Of a DNA stretch of 64,000 bases, positions 33,676 to 46,825 are shown piece by piece (the stretch's first letter is position 1; every line of letters starts with the position of its first letter). The notes beneath the pieces are model-generated. The model had not been told where the DNA came from, made no database searches, and saw nothing but the letters and a program-made list of their open reading frames with translations. Both the position numbers and the translations under genes were made by a program. Source of the stretch: Scenedesmus sp. PABB004 (lineage: Eukaryota); contig JABVCE010000002.1 of NCBI GenBank assembly GCA_014905635.1, positions 806,001 to 870,000 on the forward strand, given 5' to 3'.

Positions 33676-35602
33676 TCAGCCGCGCCCCGCCGCCGCCGCC
33701 GCAGCCGCGCGCATGAGCTCCAGCTCCTGCCGGTCCTTGAGCGCGCCGCGCGGCAGGTACTCGGCGAGGTCCGCCGCGCCCGCGAGCAGCCTGCGCCGCT
33801 CCTCGGCCACCACCGCCGCGCGCCGCGCCTCGGCCGCGCGCCGCGCCTCCTCCTCGGCCTCCTCCGCCGCGCGCGCCGCCTCGTAGCGCGCGCGCTTCTC
33901 CTCCAGCATCGCGTCCACCGCGCGCTTGTGCTCCGCAACCTGCGCGCGCGCGGTGGCGCGCGTCGGCGCGGCGGCCCGCCGCGCCGCGCGCGGGCTGCCG
34001 GCTGGGGCGCGGGCGCGCCAGCGCGCCGGCCCGCGCCGCGCGCCTTGAGGCGGCGGCGCTGCGCGTTGAGCTGCTCCACGCGGTCGTCCTCCGCAAACTT
34101 GGTCATCATCGCGCTCCGGAAGGCCTCCTCCTCCGCGCGCTGCGCCGCCTCGCGCTGCGCCTTGAGCGCCAGCATCGCCGCGTTGGCTGGCAGCGCGGCG
34201 CGCACGCCACGCGGCAGCGGCGGCTGAGCAGGCGGCGGGGGGAGGCTCGGGCGCCCGCGCCGGCGCGCGCCGCCGGCGCCGCCGGCGCCGCGCGGCGCGC
34301 ACCCGCGATCATCTCGCGCCGCGCGGCGTCGCGCTTGGCGGCGGCCGCCGCTGCCGCCGCGCGGCGCGCCTCGGCCGCCTCCTCCTCGTGCAGCAGGTCG
34401 ATGAGGCGCTCCTCCTCCTCCTGCCCAGGGGGGGGGAGCGGTTAGGGCGGTCGGGGCGGTCGGATCCGGGGCGGAGGCGGCTCGCGTGGGCGGCGGGCTG
34501 TGCCCGCGCGGGCGCCGCCGGCGCGCAGCGCGCGCCTTGGCGCGCAGCGCGGCCTCCTGGTCGAGGCGCAGCTGGTCGTAGATGCGGTCCGCCGCGTCCT
34601 TGCGCGCCGCCTTTCGCGCCGCGTCGCCCGCCTCGCGCGCCGACACCTGCGCGGCGAGGCCGGCCGCGCGCGGTCAGCGCGGCGGCGGCGGCGGCTGCTG
34701 CAGCCGCTGCGGCGGGAGCGCTGGGGCCGGGGCCGGGCCGCCGCGCTGCGACGCGCCATGGCCCAGTGGTCGGCAATCTTCCGCTCCTCCGCGCGCTCCG
34801 CCGCCGCCGCCGCGCTGCGCGCCGCCTCCTGCTCGGCCAAGAAGTTCTCGATGTATGCCTGGCGGCCCGCGCCCCGGGCGGGCGGGCGGGCGGGCGGGCG
34901 GGCGTGAGAGACGGGACGCAGCCCCGCCGCGGCGGCGCGGGACGGCTGGGGTTGGTGTGTGAGCACCTTGGTGTCTGCCTGCTTGGCGCGGCGCGCCGCA
35001 AGCTCGAGCGCGTCCTCGGCAGCGATGCGCGCCACGACCTCGTCCACGAGCGCGCGCTCGCGCTCAAACTCGGCCGCCGCGGCGCGCTGCAGCTCCAGCC
35101 GCTCCTGGCGCGGCCGGCGCCGCGGGCGCGGCCCCGGCGGTGGGCGCGGCGCGGCGGCGCTCGGTCAGTGGGGCGCGCGCTGGGCCGGCAGGGCCCGCCG
35201 CCGCAGCCGCGCTGCCGCGCGCTGCTGCCTGCCCCGCCCCATGCCCGCGCCTGCATCTGCTGCTGCAGCACGCGCATGCCGAGCTTGCCCGCCTCGCGCC
35301 GCGCCGCGTCGGCGGCCTGCTGCGCCGCCAGGCCCGCCGCGTCCTGCGCCATCAGCACCTGGCGGCGCCGCGCGGCGGGCGGCGGTGGGCTGGCTGCACG
35401 GCACGGCACCGCGGCCACCCGCCTGGTCAGCGGCAGGCGGGCGGGCGCAGCCGGGGAGCACACAGGTCCTCCTCCCTCCCCCGCACACCGTGTCTGTGGC
35501 CCGCTCGTACTCTGCCTCCTGCGCCGCCAGCGCCGCGCGCTCCTGCAGCTGCAGCGCGCGCTCCTTGTTCACACGCGCCGCGCGCAGCTTTTCGGCGAGC
35601 CT

Positions 35603-35637
<35 letters not shown>

Positions 35638-36382
35638 CGGCAGCTTGAGCGGCGGCCGCCTGGGCCGCCGCGCGGCGCGGCCCAGCCCCCCTCGCGCGCG
35701 GGCTGGGCTCACTCGCGCAGCTCGTCGCTCTCATCGTGCAGCCGCTGCACCTCGCGGCTCGCGCACTCCTGCTGCTGCAGCTGGCGGCCGAGCGCCGCCG
35801 CGAGCGCGTCCTCCTCGGCCGCCGCCGCCGCGGCGAGCTCGCGCCCGCGCGCCGCCTGCGCGGCGCGGGCGGCCGCGACGCGCGGCACGCGTGTGCGGGG
35901 CGCGGCGCGAGGCTCCGCGCGACCCCCGCGGCCCCGCCCCGCGCCCCCGCGGCCGCGCGCCGCACCGCGTGCATCTCGGCGAGGAGCGCCGCCTCGGCGT
36001 CGCGCTCGCGCGCCTCGCGCCCCGCTCGCTTGAACTCATCCTTGAGCAGCGCCGCGCTCGCGGCGTCGGTGGCACGCTGCTGCGCGTAGTAGCTGCGGCG
36101 CGCGGGCGCGGCGCGGCGCGGGGTCGGCGCGGCGCAGCGCGGGCGCGGCGCCGGTCGCGGCGGCAGGGGCGGCGCCGCGCGCGCACTGCTGGATCGACGC
36201 CCGCTCAAACTCCTGCGCCCGCCGCGCCGCCTCGCGCTGCTCGTGCGCTGCGGAGCGGTTGACCGGGTCAGCACGCGGCTCGCGGCACGCGGGCGGCGGC
36301 GCGCAGGGCCAGCGACGGCGCGCGCGGCGGCGCCGCCGCGGGCGCTCCCCGCACCGCGCGCCAGCTGCCCGTGGTTGCCCAT
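33676..36382 (-). CDS. MNS1: MNS1/FAP127-like coiled-coil axonemal microtubule inner protein (TPH domain); many exons
   Basis: ESDELR|LAEKLRAARVNKERALQ, MMTKFAEDDRVEQLNAQRRRLKVAEHKRAV and EERRRLL...LAEYLPRGAL match MNS1 family motifs. Confidence 0.85.
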
Positions 36383-36803
36383 GCTGGCGTGGCGGCCGGC
36401 GGCCCAGCAAGCGGAGCGGCTGGCCGGCAGGGCGCGGCGCGGCCGTTGGCGCGCGCTGCGCTGGTCAGCAGCAGCGCGCGGCGCCTGGCGTCGTCGGCGA
36501 GCTCGGTTGCGGTGTGGGACGCTGCGCTGGTTGATAAATGCGGGGCTGGGCGAGCCCCTCCGGCCGGGCGGCGCGGCCGCCGAGCGCGAGGGCTTTGCGG
36601 CGCCGCGCCGCCGCTGTCGCGCGCGGCCGCGCGCGGCGGCGCCCTGCCCGCCACGCTCCGCACCGCCCCCGCCACAGAGGCTGGTCGCGCAAACGGAGCA
36701 GATGCCCCGCACGCTGCCGCAGCGGGCGGCCCGGCGCGCGCCTCCAGAGTGAGGTCGCGCGAGCGCAGGAGGGCCGGGCCGCCTCCCCGGCCGGCCGGAC
36801 GCC

Positions 36804-37701
36804 ATGGACTGCGATCCGGGCGCGGACCCATTCATCGCGCGCTGGTTCTATGACTGCGTCTACAAGTGCGGCGCGCGACCCGGGCCGCCCCGGCCCGCAC
36901 GCGCCCGCGCGGCCGCCCGGCGCCACGTCTGACGCCTCCGTCGCCCTGTACGCACCGCGCCGCAGCGCCCGGGACTATGCGGGCTTCTGTCTGGGCCTCA
37001 CGGCCATTCTGTTCTGGCTGGTGGCGCAGGTGCGCCCCGGGCGGCGCCCGGGGGGCCCGGGGACCGCGCTCCGCCGCCTCCCCGACCACACGCGGCGCGG
37101 CGGGCCCCCGCGGCGCGGCGCGCGGCGCGCGGCGGCGCGCGCAACCGCCGCCTGCCGCTGCTGCTGCCGCTGCCGCTGCCGGGCGGTCGCCGCAGATCCC
37201 CCAGTACGTGACCAACTACCGGACCAAGAGCGCGGAGGCGCTCAGCCCCTGGTTCCTGGCGCAGTGGCTGCTCGTGAGCGCCGGCGCCGGGCGCCGCGCT
37301 GCGCGGCCGCGAGCGCCCGCGCGCCGGCAGCGCGCCCACCGCCCGCGCCCGCGCGTGCAGGGAGACACGTTCAACCTGCTGGGCTGCCTGCTGCAGGGGC
37401 AGCAGCTGCCGACCACGACCTACACCGCAATGTGCGCCCGCCGGCGCGGCCCGCGCGCCCCGCCACCGCGCGGCCGCAGCCGCTCGCCGGCGCGCGCCAC
37501 TCACCGCGCCCCGCGCACCCCCGCGCCCGTCGCTCACACCGCGCAGGTACTTTGTGGTGGCTGACGTGTTCATGATGATGCAGTACATCTATTACGGCGC
37601 GCTGCAGCGCCGCCGCGAAAAGATCCTGCAGCTGCAGGCGCGCCGGCGGCACCACCACCACCACCACCAGCGCGGCCACCCGCACCAGCCCGCCCCGCGC
37701 C

Positions 37702-37738
<37 letters not shown>

Positions 37739-39405
37739 GCTGGACGGCGGCGCGTGGCAGCGGCCGCAGGAGCGGCGCGCGTGGCAGCAGCCGCAGCAGC
37801 CGCAGCAGCAGCCGCAGCAGCAGCAGCAAGCGGGCGGCCCGGACGTGGTGGGTCGCGCTGCCGCCGAGGGCCGCTGGCGCGCGCAGCTCGGCGCGCGCAG
37901 CACGGCACGCGTTGGGGCGAGCGCGCGCTCACCGGCCGCCACCGCCGCGCGCCGCAGGAGTACGGCCTGGCCGCCGGCGGCGCCTTCAAGCAGCAGCAGG
38001 CGGCGGCCCCCGCCGCGGGGCGGGGCGGGGGCGACGCGCCGCAGGCGCCGCAGCAGCTGGAGCGCGGCCGGCGCAGCAGCGCGGGCGCCAGCGCGGCGGC
38101 CGCGCCCAGCTGCGCCGCGGCGGCGGCGGGCGACGCCGCCGCGCCGGGCGCGGGCGCGTGGCGCGCCGGCGGCGGCCTCGGCGGCGGCCGCTCCGTGGCG
38201 GCGGTCGGGCTGCTGGTCAGCCTGGGCATGGTGTCGCTGCTCGTGCCGGCCAACTCCACGCAGGGGCTGTTCCCGGCGCACGGGCTGGGCGCTGCAGGCG
38301 CAGCGCCCGCGCGCGCCATGCACGCCGGCCCGGCGGGCGGCGGCGCCGGTGGCAGCAGCATGCGCGCGCCAGGCGCCGGCGCGGCGGTGCTGCCGGGGCC
38401 GGCGGGCTACCTCGGCAAGCTGCCGGCGGGCAGCAGCAGCAGCAGCAGCGGCGGCGGGAGCCGCAGCAGCGGGAGCAGCAGCAGCGGCGGCGGCGGCGAC
38501 AGCGGCGGCGGCGGCGACAGCGGCGGCGGCGGCGGCGCAGACGTCGACCCGCCGGTGCGGGACTGGGCGTTTGTGGTGGGCACGGGCCTGGGGTACGTGT
38601 CGAGCGTGCTCTACCTCTGCAGCCGGCTGAGCCAGATCCACAAGAACTGGACCCGCAAGTCGGCGGAGGGCCTCGCGCTCGCGATGTTCCTCATGGCGGT
38701 GAGCCGCGGCACCGCAGGGCGAGGCGGCCGGGGCGGGGGACCGGCGCTGCCGCGCCGCGCGCGCCGCGCCGCGCCGCGGCCGCCGCCGCCGACGCGCCGC
38801 CGCCGCGCCCGGCGGCACAGGTGTGCGCCAACCTGTGCACCGGCGTGGGCATCGTGCTGCGCACGTTCACGCTGGTGGAGCTCAAGGAGCAGCTGCCGTG
38901 GATCATCGGCAGCCTGGGGACCATCACGCTCGACATGATCATCCTCACGCAGAGCATCAGATACGGACGCAAGGCGCCTGCCGGCGCCGACGCCGGCGAC
39001 GCGCACGCCGGGGCGCAGCACGCGCACGCCCACCACGCGCACGCCCACCACCACGCGCTGCCGGGGCGCGCCGCGGGCGGCGAGGCTCCGCCGGGCGCCG
39101 GCGGCGGCGGCGCCGGCGGCGCGGCGCACCACCTGCTGCAGCAGCAGCAGCAGCAGCACAGTGCGGCCTGGCCCATCGCAGCTGGCGGGGGCGGCGGCGC
39201 GGCGCACGGCGGCGGCTACGCGGCGGCCGCCTACGCGCACCAGGCGATGCTGCTGAGCAGCTCGGCGCCCGTGGGCGCGGGCTGGGGTGGCATGCTCAGC
39301 CACCGAGCTGCGGCCGGCGGCGGCGGCGGCGGGGGCCGGCGGCCAGCGGGCGAGGACGACGCGGAGGAGACGTCGCCGCTGCTGGCGCCGCGCGCGCCGG
39401 AGTGA
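36804..39405 (+). CDS. PQ-loop repeat vacuolar/lysosomal amino-acid transporter (YPQ/PQLC2-like); multi-exon
   Basis: WLVAQIPQYVTNYRTKSAEALSPWFLAQWLLGDTFNLLGC. Second repeat YLCSRLSQIHKNWTRKSAEGL, LPWIIGSLGTITLD. C-terminal EETSPLL dileucine signal. Confidence 0.9.
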
Positions 39406-39417
39406 TGCCTGCGCGGT

Positions 39418-39422
39418 TGTAA
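39418..39422 (+). promoter_or_regulatory. Candidate polyadenylation signal TGTAA
   Basis: Immediately downstream of the PQ-loop gene stop. Confidence 0.3.
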
Positions 39423-39771
39423 CGGGCACGCTGTCGCAGTGGTCACCAGCGGCGCACGATCACAGGGCGGCCGCGCAGCACAGCACAGCACACAAGGAGA
39501 GAGATGGGGGCGCCCCTCAGGCGGGCGGCCCAGAAGCTGCAGGCCAGGCCCAGGCCGGCGCTCGCGAGGCGCGCGCCAGGGCGGCCAGCCTCGCGCGGCA
39601 GCCGCGGCCGCGGCCACACAGGGTGGCAGCGGCCAAAAAACGCAACGCCGCGCGGCCGAGGCATCCTACAGCGCCGCGACAGAGTTTGTTGGTGTTGTAC
39701 ATGCAATGCCGAGTGACCCGAGCGCGAGCCAGGCCGTGCTGTGAGCGCCCACACCGAGCGGGCAAGTCCGG

Positions 39772-40841
39772 TCAGCGCGGCACGAGGCCGTCCAGCAGGG
39801 ACCGCGTGGCCTCGTAGACGGCAAAGCACGCTGTGGGGGGCGCGCGCAGGCGGGCAGGCGGGCATGCCGGCATGTGGGCAGGCACGCGTGGGCGGGCGCG
39901 GCGCGCAGCGGCGTGGCGAGGCAGGCGCGCGGCAGCAGCCCCAGCGGGCGCCGCCGCGCCGCACCCGCGTTGGCCGGGAAGGAGCGCAGCAGCGCGGGCG
40001 CGAAGCCGCGCCACAGCCCCGCCGGCCCGTCGGCGGCGGCGACCTGCCGCGCGCAGTCCAGCATGCCCGCGTAGCGCGGCGCGGTGAACGAGTCGGTCTG
40101 CAGCTTCGACTTGACCACGTCGACAGGATAACACCCTAACCAAAAGGCCGTGCCGCCCAGGCCGCCCGCGAGCATCAGGTCGCCAAAGCCCAGCGTCCTC
40201 GTGCTCACGCCCTGCGCGGCGCGTGGGGTCAGGGGCGGCGCGCCCAGCATCCCGCCGGCGCACGCGCCCCGCCGCCCCGCGGCGGCGGCGGCGCGGCGCG
40301 GCCGGGCCCCCGCGCCGCAGGCACCTTGGAGGCCGCGAGGCGCTGCTTGGCATATTCATACACGCCGAACATGCACATGTTTCCCAGCGCCTCGCGCGCC
40401 AGCGTCGCGCGGAGGCCCTTGAACAGCCCCGCCGCGCCGCGCTGCGCGAGCACGTGCCGCGCGACGTCGCGCGGGCCGCGGTAGATGGTGTGCTGCGCGG
40501 CGGCGGGGGCGCGGGAGGCGGCGCCGCGCCGGCGGCGGCGTCGGCGGCAGCGGCGGCGGCGGGCGGGCTGCTGCAGCGGCGGCGGCGGCGCTTATGCGCA
40601 ACGGCGGCGTGACCGTCGCACCTTTGTGGGGTCCTGCCCCGCGTCGATGAGGCGCTGCACGGCCGTCTTGGAGCAGCCCTGCGCCTGCAGGCGGCACTTC
40701 AGGAGCTCCGTCGGCGTGGCGACGAGGCTGACCGCGGCGCTCGCGCCGACCGCCGCGACGAGCTGGTCCCGCACGCCCAGCGGCGAGCCTGCCGGGGGCG
40801 GGGCGCGGCGCAGCGGCGCGTGGTGACGGGGCCCCCGCGGC

Positions 40842-40872
<31 letters not shown>

Positions 40873-41440
40873 GCGGCCGGCCGCGCGGTGCGGCGCGGGT
40901 GCGGGGCCCCGCCGGACCGTCGCTGTGCGTGAGCAGCAGCTCCATCTGGCCGCGCGAGGCGAAGAGCACGGCGTTGAAGACGGCCACCGTGGCGAGGGGC
41001 GCGGCCATGCCCTTGTAGAGGCCCTTCACGCCCTCGCGCGCCAGCGTCACGCGCGCCGCGTCGAGCGGGCCGCTGAACGCCTGGGAGCCGCTCTGCAGCT
41101 TGACCTTGATCGTGTCAAAGGGGTGCCCCACCAGCAGCTGCGCGACGCCGCCCGCCGTGCCGGCGGCGAGGTCCTGCGTGCAGCGCGCAGGCGGCTGTGT
41201 GAGCGCGGGCCGCCGACGCCACCGCGTCGCCGAGTGCAACCGGCGCTGCGCCGCGCCGGTCGGAGCCGTCCGGCCCGCCCTGGATCCACGCACCAGGGCC
41301 ACCGCCGAGGAGCGCGCCTGCGCTGCCGTGCGCGGCTGCGCGAGCTGTTGCTGTTGCTGCTCGCGGCGCGCCGCCGGCCGCTGCGCGGCGCCCGGCACGC
41401 CGCCCGGGGCGCTCAGGGACGCCGCCGTGGGCGCCGACAT
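39772..41440 (-). CDS. Mitochondrial carrier family protein, carnitine/acylcarnitine carrier-like (BOU/CAC group)
   Basis: Three PX[DE]XX[KR] repeats: GHPFDTIKVKLQ, TPTELLKCRLQAQ, YPVDVVKSKLQTD. Also GLYKGMAAPLATVA and LLRSFPANA. Confidence 0.92.
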
Positions 41441-41723
41441 GACGGACGGGCGTGATGGACGCACGCAAGCGCGTGTCGGCGGGCGTGCTGCTGCTGTCGG
41501 CGCCCGGGCGCGCGGCAGCACGCGCCGCGGTTGGCCGGCGCAGCGGAGCGGTGTTCCAGCGGTGTTCCAGCAGGGCGGCGCCAGCGTTTGATGAGCTTTG
41601 CTCGTGCAGACCGCCGGGCGGTGTAACATGCACTCGAGTGCCAGCGCCCCACTGCTCCGCTCATCCTGCCGGACGTCACACACGACACACGCGCACGCAG
41701 CAGCTGCGGGAGCCAGCCGCACG

Positions 41724-44700
41724 ATGGCGCTCGCCCAGCAAGGCCGCGCCCGCGGCCAGTGCCGCGCGCCCGCCGCGCCCCCGCGCCAGCGCGCCCGCGG
41801 CGCACGCCCTCGGCGCGGACGCGTTCAGGCGCACGCGGCGGCCGGCAGCGGCGACGCGCCCAGGTGCGGCGCGCGCGGGCGCTGCTGGCCACGGCCGCTG
41901 CCGGCCACAGCCCGCCGCGCCGCGCCGCCGCGCCGCCGCGCCGCCCCACGCCCACGCCCACGCACCGCACCGCCGCCATCCCACGCAGCGTCCTCGGCGA
42001 GGCGGCGACGGCGCTGCTGCAGCGCCTGGCCGCGGGCGGCGACGCCGGGGTCGCAGCAGACAGTGCGGCGGCGGCGCCGCGCGCCGCCGGCGCGGCGCTG
42101 CAGCCTCACTTTGGCGCGCGCGCGGCGGGGGAGCTGCTGGACGCCGCGCGCGCGGCGGCGGGCGGCGTGGCGCCGCCGGCGCTGCCGCAGCTGCCGGCGC
42201 TGCCGCACGTGGACCTGCCGGCGGCGCCGCAGCTGCCAGCGCTGCCGCGCGTGGAGCTGCCGGCGGCGCCGCAGCTGCCGGCGCTGCCGCGCGTGGAGCT
42301 GCCGGGCAGCCTGGCGGAGGGCGAGGCGCTGCTCGCGGGCGCGGCGGCCGCGGCGGGCGACGCGTTCGGCGGCCTGGCCGCGCTGCCGGGCGAGGCGCAG
42401 CAGCGCCTGGCGCTCGCGGCGGCGCAGCTGCAGGCGCTTGCGGAGGGCGCCGCCGGCGCGGGCCTCGCGAGCGGCGCGGAGCCCCACTGGGGCACCCGCG
42501 CGGCCGCTGCGTGGCTGCAGGAGCTCGCGGCGGCGCTGGGCGCCGCGCTGCAGGGCGCGGCGGCGGCGCTGTCGCTGCAGCTGCCGGCCGCCGCCGCGGC
42601 GCTGGGCGCGGCGGTGGCGGCGGCGACGGCCACCGGCTCTTGTCGGGCGGCGGCGGCGACGCGCTGGGCTTCGCCGGCGCCGGCGGCTCGCTCGCGGCGG
42701 GCGCGCCCGCCGCTGCGCTCGACGCGCTCGCGGCGTCCTGGCGCGCGGCGGGCGCGGCGCTGCCGGCCGGCGCGGGCGCGCAGCTCGCGGCCGCGGCGGG
42801 CGGGCTGCAGGCGCAGGCCGACGCCGCGGGCGCGGGCGCCGCGGGGCTGCAGGCGCAGCTCGTGGCGCTCGCCGCGGCGGCGGCGGCGCTGCCTGAGAGC
42901 GGCGCGGGCGGCTACGACTTTGCCACGCTCGCCGCGCTGGCGGCGGCCGTGCTCGCGGCGGTCGCGGCGTCCGTGCCCGCCGAGGGCGCGCTGCCGACGG
43001 GCGACGCGCGCGACGGGCTGAGCCACGAGTACGACCCAGACGCGGTCGCCGCCTACTTTGCGGCGCGGCCGGTCCAGGTCGCGGCGCGCGCGGCGCAGCT
43101 CGCGGCGGAGGTCGCGGGCTTTGGCGCCGCGCTCGCCGCCGACGCGGCGACGGGGCGGCTGCAGGTGCGGCGCGGCGCGGAGGGGCGTGGCCGCGACGCG
43201 GCGGCCGGCGGCGCGGCGGCGGGCAGCGCGGCGCCGCGCTGCGCCGACCCCCGGCGCCCGCCCGCGCCCGCAGGCCAACGAGCCCGCGCGCGCGGAGCAG
43301 CTGCGCGGCGTCATCGAGCGGCTCGGCCCGCGTACGTCAAGGTCGCGCAAGCCCTGGTGCGGCCCGTGCGGCGCCTGCGCCGGCCCCGGCGCCGCCCGCC
43401 TCCACACGCGCCCGCCTCCACACGCGCCCACTCCCCCCCCCCCCCCCCCCGCGCGTGCGCGCGCGCGCCGCCGCCTGGCACCGCCGCGCAGTCGACGCGC
43501 GTGGACCTGCTGTCGCCGGAGTACTACCGCCAGGTGCAGCTGCTGCAGGACCGCGTGCCGCCCTTCCCCTGCGACCAGGCGCGCGAGGCGATGGCCGCCG
43601 CGTTTGGCCGCCCGGTGAACGAGGTCTTCGCCACGCTCTCGCCCGCGCCCGTCGCGGCGGCGAGCCTCGGCCAGGTGCGGCGCGGCGCACCGCACCGGGG
43701 GCGGCCGCGCAAACGCGCGGCGCCCTCTGCGCGCGCTGGCCCGCCCACGCGCGCGCGCTGGCCCGCCCGCCCCCAAAGGTCTACAAGGGCGTCCTGCGCG
43801 GCAGCGGGGCCGAGGTGGCGGTCAAGGTGCAGCGCCCCGGCGTGCTCGAGGCTGTCTGCCTCGACCTCCTCCTCATGCGCCGCGTCGCGGCGGCGCTCTC
43901 CGCGCTGCCAGAGGTGCGCGCCGCGCGCCGCGCCGCGCCGCGCCGGCGCGCGCCGCCGCCCCGGCGCACCGCGGACCGCGCGCCGCCGACCGCCCTCGCG
44001 CACCGCCCGCCGGCCAGGTCAACACCGACTGGGCGGCGCTCATCGACAACTGGGCGGTGCGCTTCCTGCACGAGATGGACTACACGAGAGAGCAGGCGAA
44101 CGGGTCCCTGTTTGCCGCCCAAATGGCCGCTGCCGGCGTGACCGGCGTCGTCACCGCAGACGTCGTGCCGGACCTCAGCAACGACGTCGTGCTCACGACC
44201 GAGTGGGTCGACGGTGCGTGCGCCGACGGCGGGCACGCGCCGCTCGCCGCGCCGCGCGCTCGCCCACACGCGGCCGCGCGCTTCGGCATCGCGGGGTCGC
44301 GCAGGCGAGAAGCTCAGCGAGAGCCGCGCGTCCGACGTGCGCGAGCTGTGCAGCACGCTGCTGAGCGCGTACCTCATCCAGCTGCTCGACACGGGCCTGC
44401 TGCACGCCGACCCGCACCCGGGGTGAGCAGCGCGCCGCCGCCGGGTGCCGCCGCGCCGCGCCCGCGCCACGCCGGCCCGCCTGCCTCTCACTCGTGCCCG
44501 CTGCTCGGGGACGCACGCAGAAACCTCATCCGCACGCGGGACGGCAAGATCTGCGTGCTGGACTTTGGCCTGATGACCGAGGTCACGCCCGAGCAGCGCA
44601 TCGCGCTCGTCGAGTACATCGCCCACCTCTCCACGCAGGCGCGCGCCGCAGCTGCCGCCGCAGCTGTCGGGGCGGCAACGTGCCGCCGCCGCGCTCGCGT

Positions 44701-45037
44701 GCGCGCGCGCGGGCCGCGCCGCCGCGGCCGCCTCACGCCGCCCTGCCCGGCCGCCGCACGCGCCGCGCGCGTGCCGCCGCGCAGGACTGGGACAACGTCG
44801 CGCGCGACCTGCAGACGCTGGGCTTCATCCCCGCCGACGCGGGCGACCCCGTCGCGCTGGGCATGGCGGAGCCGCTCGGCCGCATCCTCGTGCAGCTCAG
44901 CGGCGGCGGCGGCGCGGCAAAGGTCAACATCGACGCCGGTGCGCGCGGCGCGCACGCTCACACGCTCGAGGCCGCGCCCGGCGCCGCGCGCACGCGCGCG
45001 CGCGCGATACACGCCGGCGCCCACGCCCCCTCCGCCG

Positions 45038-45068
<31 letters not shown>

Positions 45069-46825
45069 CGCTGCCGCCGCGCCGCCGGCGCGCAGTGATG
45101 GGCGAGGTTGAGGCGCTGGGGTCCAAGTACCCGATCTCCATCCCGCCCTTCTTCGCCCTCATACTGCGCGCGTTCAGCGTGATCGAGGGCATCGCCCTCG
45201 CGGTCGACCCTGACTACTCCATCGTGCAGGCGCGCCGCCGCCGCCGCGAGCGGGACAGGGAGGGGAGGGGAGGGGGAGGGGGTGCGCTGCGCTGGGCTGC
45301 GCGGGCGGGGGCGGGGGCTGCGCGGGCGCTGCCGCCGCGCGTCTGCCGCGCGCGCGCGCGTGCGTGCTGCGCTGCGCGCCCGGCCGCCGCTGGCACCCGG
45401 CCGCGCGGCCGCCTCGCGCGCTCACCTCGCGCCTCGCCTCGCCGCCGCCACGCCACGCCCCCCAGGAGTGCCTGCCGTACCTCGCGCGCCGCCTGCTGTC
45501 CGACGACAACCCGCGCGTGCGACAGGCGCTGCGCGACGTGCTCTACGGCGGCCGCGCGCGGCTCGACGTCGACAGGCGCGCCGCTGCACCCGCTGCGCCG
45601 CCGCCCGCGGGGCCCACGGGGCGTTGCGCGCGCGCGCGCGCGCCCGCCTGGCACGCACGCCGGCGTATGACGCCCGGCACCGCGCGCCGCGCCGCGCGCC
45701 CGCAGGCTCATCCGCCTGTCCGACGCGTTCAGCTCCTACACCACCGACGGCCTGGCCGGCGACGGCGCCGCCGCTGCCGGCGCGCCAGCGCCCGCGGCGG
45801 CGGGGGCGGCCCTCGCGCCGGCGCGCGCCGCCGCCGCGGGCGCAGGCGGCGCCAGCGAGCCGCTGCTGAGCCCCGCCGCGCGCGACGCGCTGCTCGTGGT
45901 GTTCAGCCGGCGCGGGAGCTACGTGCAGGAGCTGCTGGTGGAGGAGCTCGTGGCCGCGGCGGACGCGCTCAGCCGCGAGGCGCTGTCCGGGACGCTGCGC
46001 GCGGTGCTCGGCTCCGCGCCCGTCGCGGTCGCGCTGTCGAGCGTCGAGGCGCTCGGGCCGCTGCGCCCGGTGCTGCTGCCGCTCACGACGCCGCTGGAGC
46101 TGCTCAGCCGCCTCGCGCCCGCGGTCGCGCTGACGCCGGAAGACGAGGAGGCGCTCGGCGTCGTGCGCAGCGTGTTTGCGCTGCTGCAGCGCGCGCAGGC
46201 CGCGGCGGCGGCGCCGGGCGCGTACCGCGCCGTCGGCGCAGCCGACGCCGGCAACGCCGCCGCGGGCATGGTCTTCAGCACCACGGCGGCGCCGCCGCCG
46301 GGCGGCGGCCCCAGCGGCGCCGCGCTCGACGCGCGCGCCGCGGTCGCGGCGGCGGCCGACGCGGCGGCGAGCGCCGCGGGCGCCGCGGCGGAGCTGCGCC
46401 CGCTGCTGCCGGAGCTGCTGCCAGGCCTCGCCCACACGGGCGAACTCTTTTTGCGGGCTTTCACCGGCCGCGTCGCGGCACGGCTGGTCAAGTCGCTGTC
46501 GCTCGCCGATGCGGCGGTTGAGGCGGAGCGCGAGCGCGAGCTCGCCATGGCCGCGCTCGGCTTCCTGAGCGGCGCCGCGCCGCCCGCGGCCGCGCGCGGC
46601 GGCGCCGTGCTGCCCGCGGCGGGCGTGTTCAGCACGGTCGCGGCGGCGGCGGCGGCGCCGCCGGCGCCGCCCGGCGCGCTCGGCTTTGGCGGCGCCGGCG
46701 GGCTCGGCGCGCCGCTCGGCGGCGGGCTGAGCGCGGGGCAGGTCATCACGGGCCTCGCCGCGGCGCCGCTCCTGGCCGGCCTCGCGCTGCTGAGCGAGCT
46801 GCAGCGCCGGCAGCGGCGGTCCTAG
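41724..46825 (+). CDS. Plastid ABC1/UbiB atypical kinase (ABC1K6-like); apparent 1-bp frameshifts near 42636 and 43329
   Basis: LLQDRVPPF, PVAAASLGQVYKG, VAVKVQRPG, EMDYTRE, EWVDGEKL, HADPHPGNL, LDFGL, IPPFFALILRAFSVIEG. Confidence 0.92.
42185..42305 (+). repeat. Coding 42-bp tandem repeat, about 3 copies (PQLPALP[H/R]V[D/E]LPAA), in the ABC1K N-terminus
   Basis: Visible in both DNA and translation. Confidence 0.85.

Noticed and set aside
41622..41626. TGTAA poly(A) signal
   Set aside because: It lies between two divergent start codons with no upstream plus-strand gene nearby.
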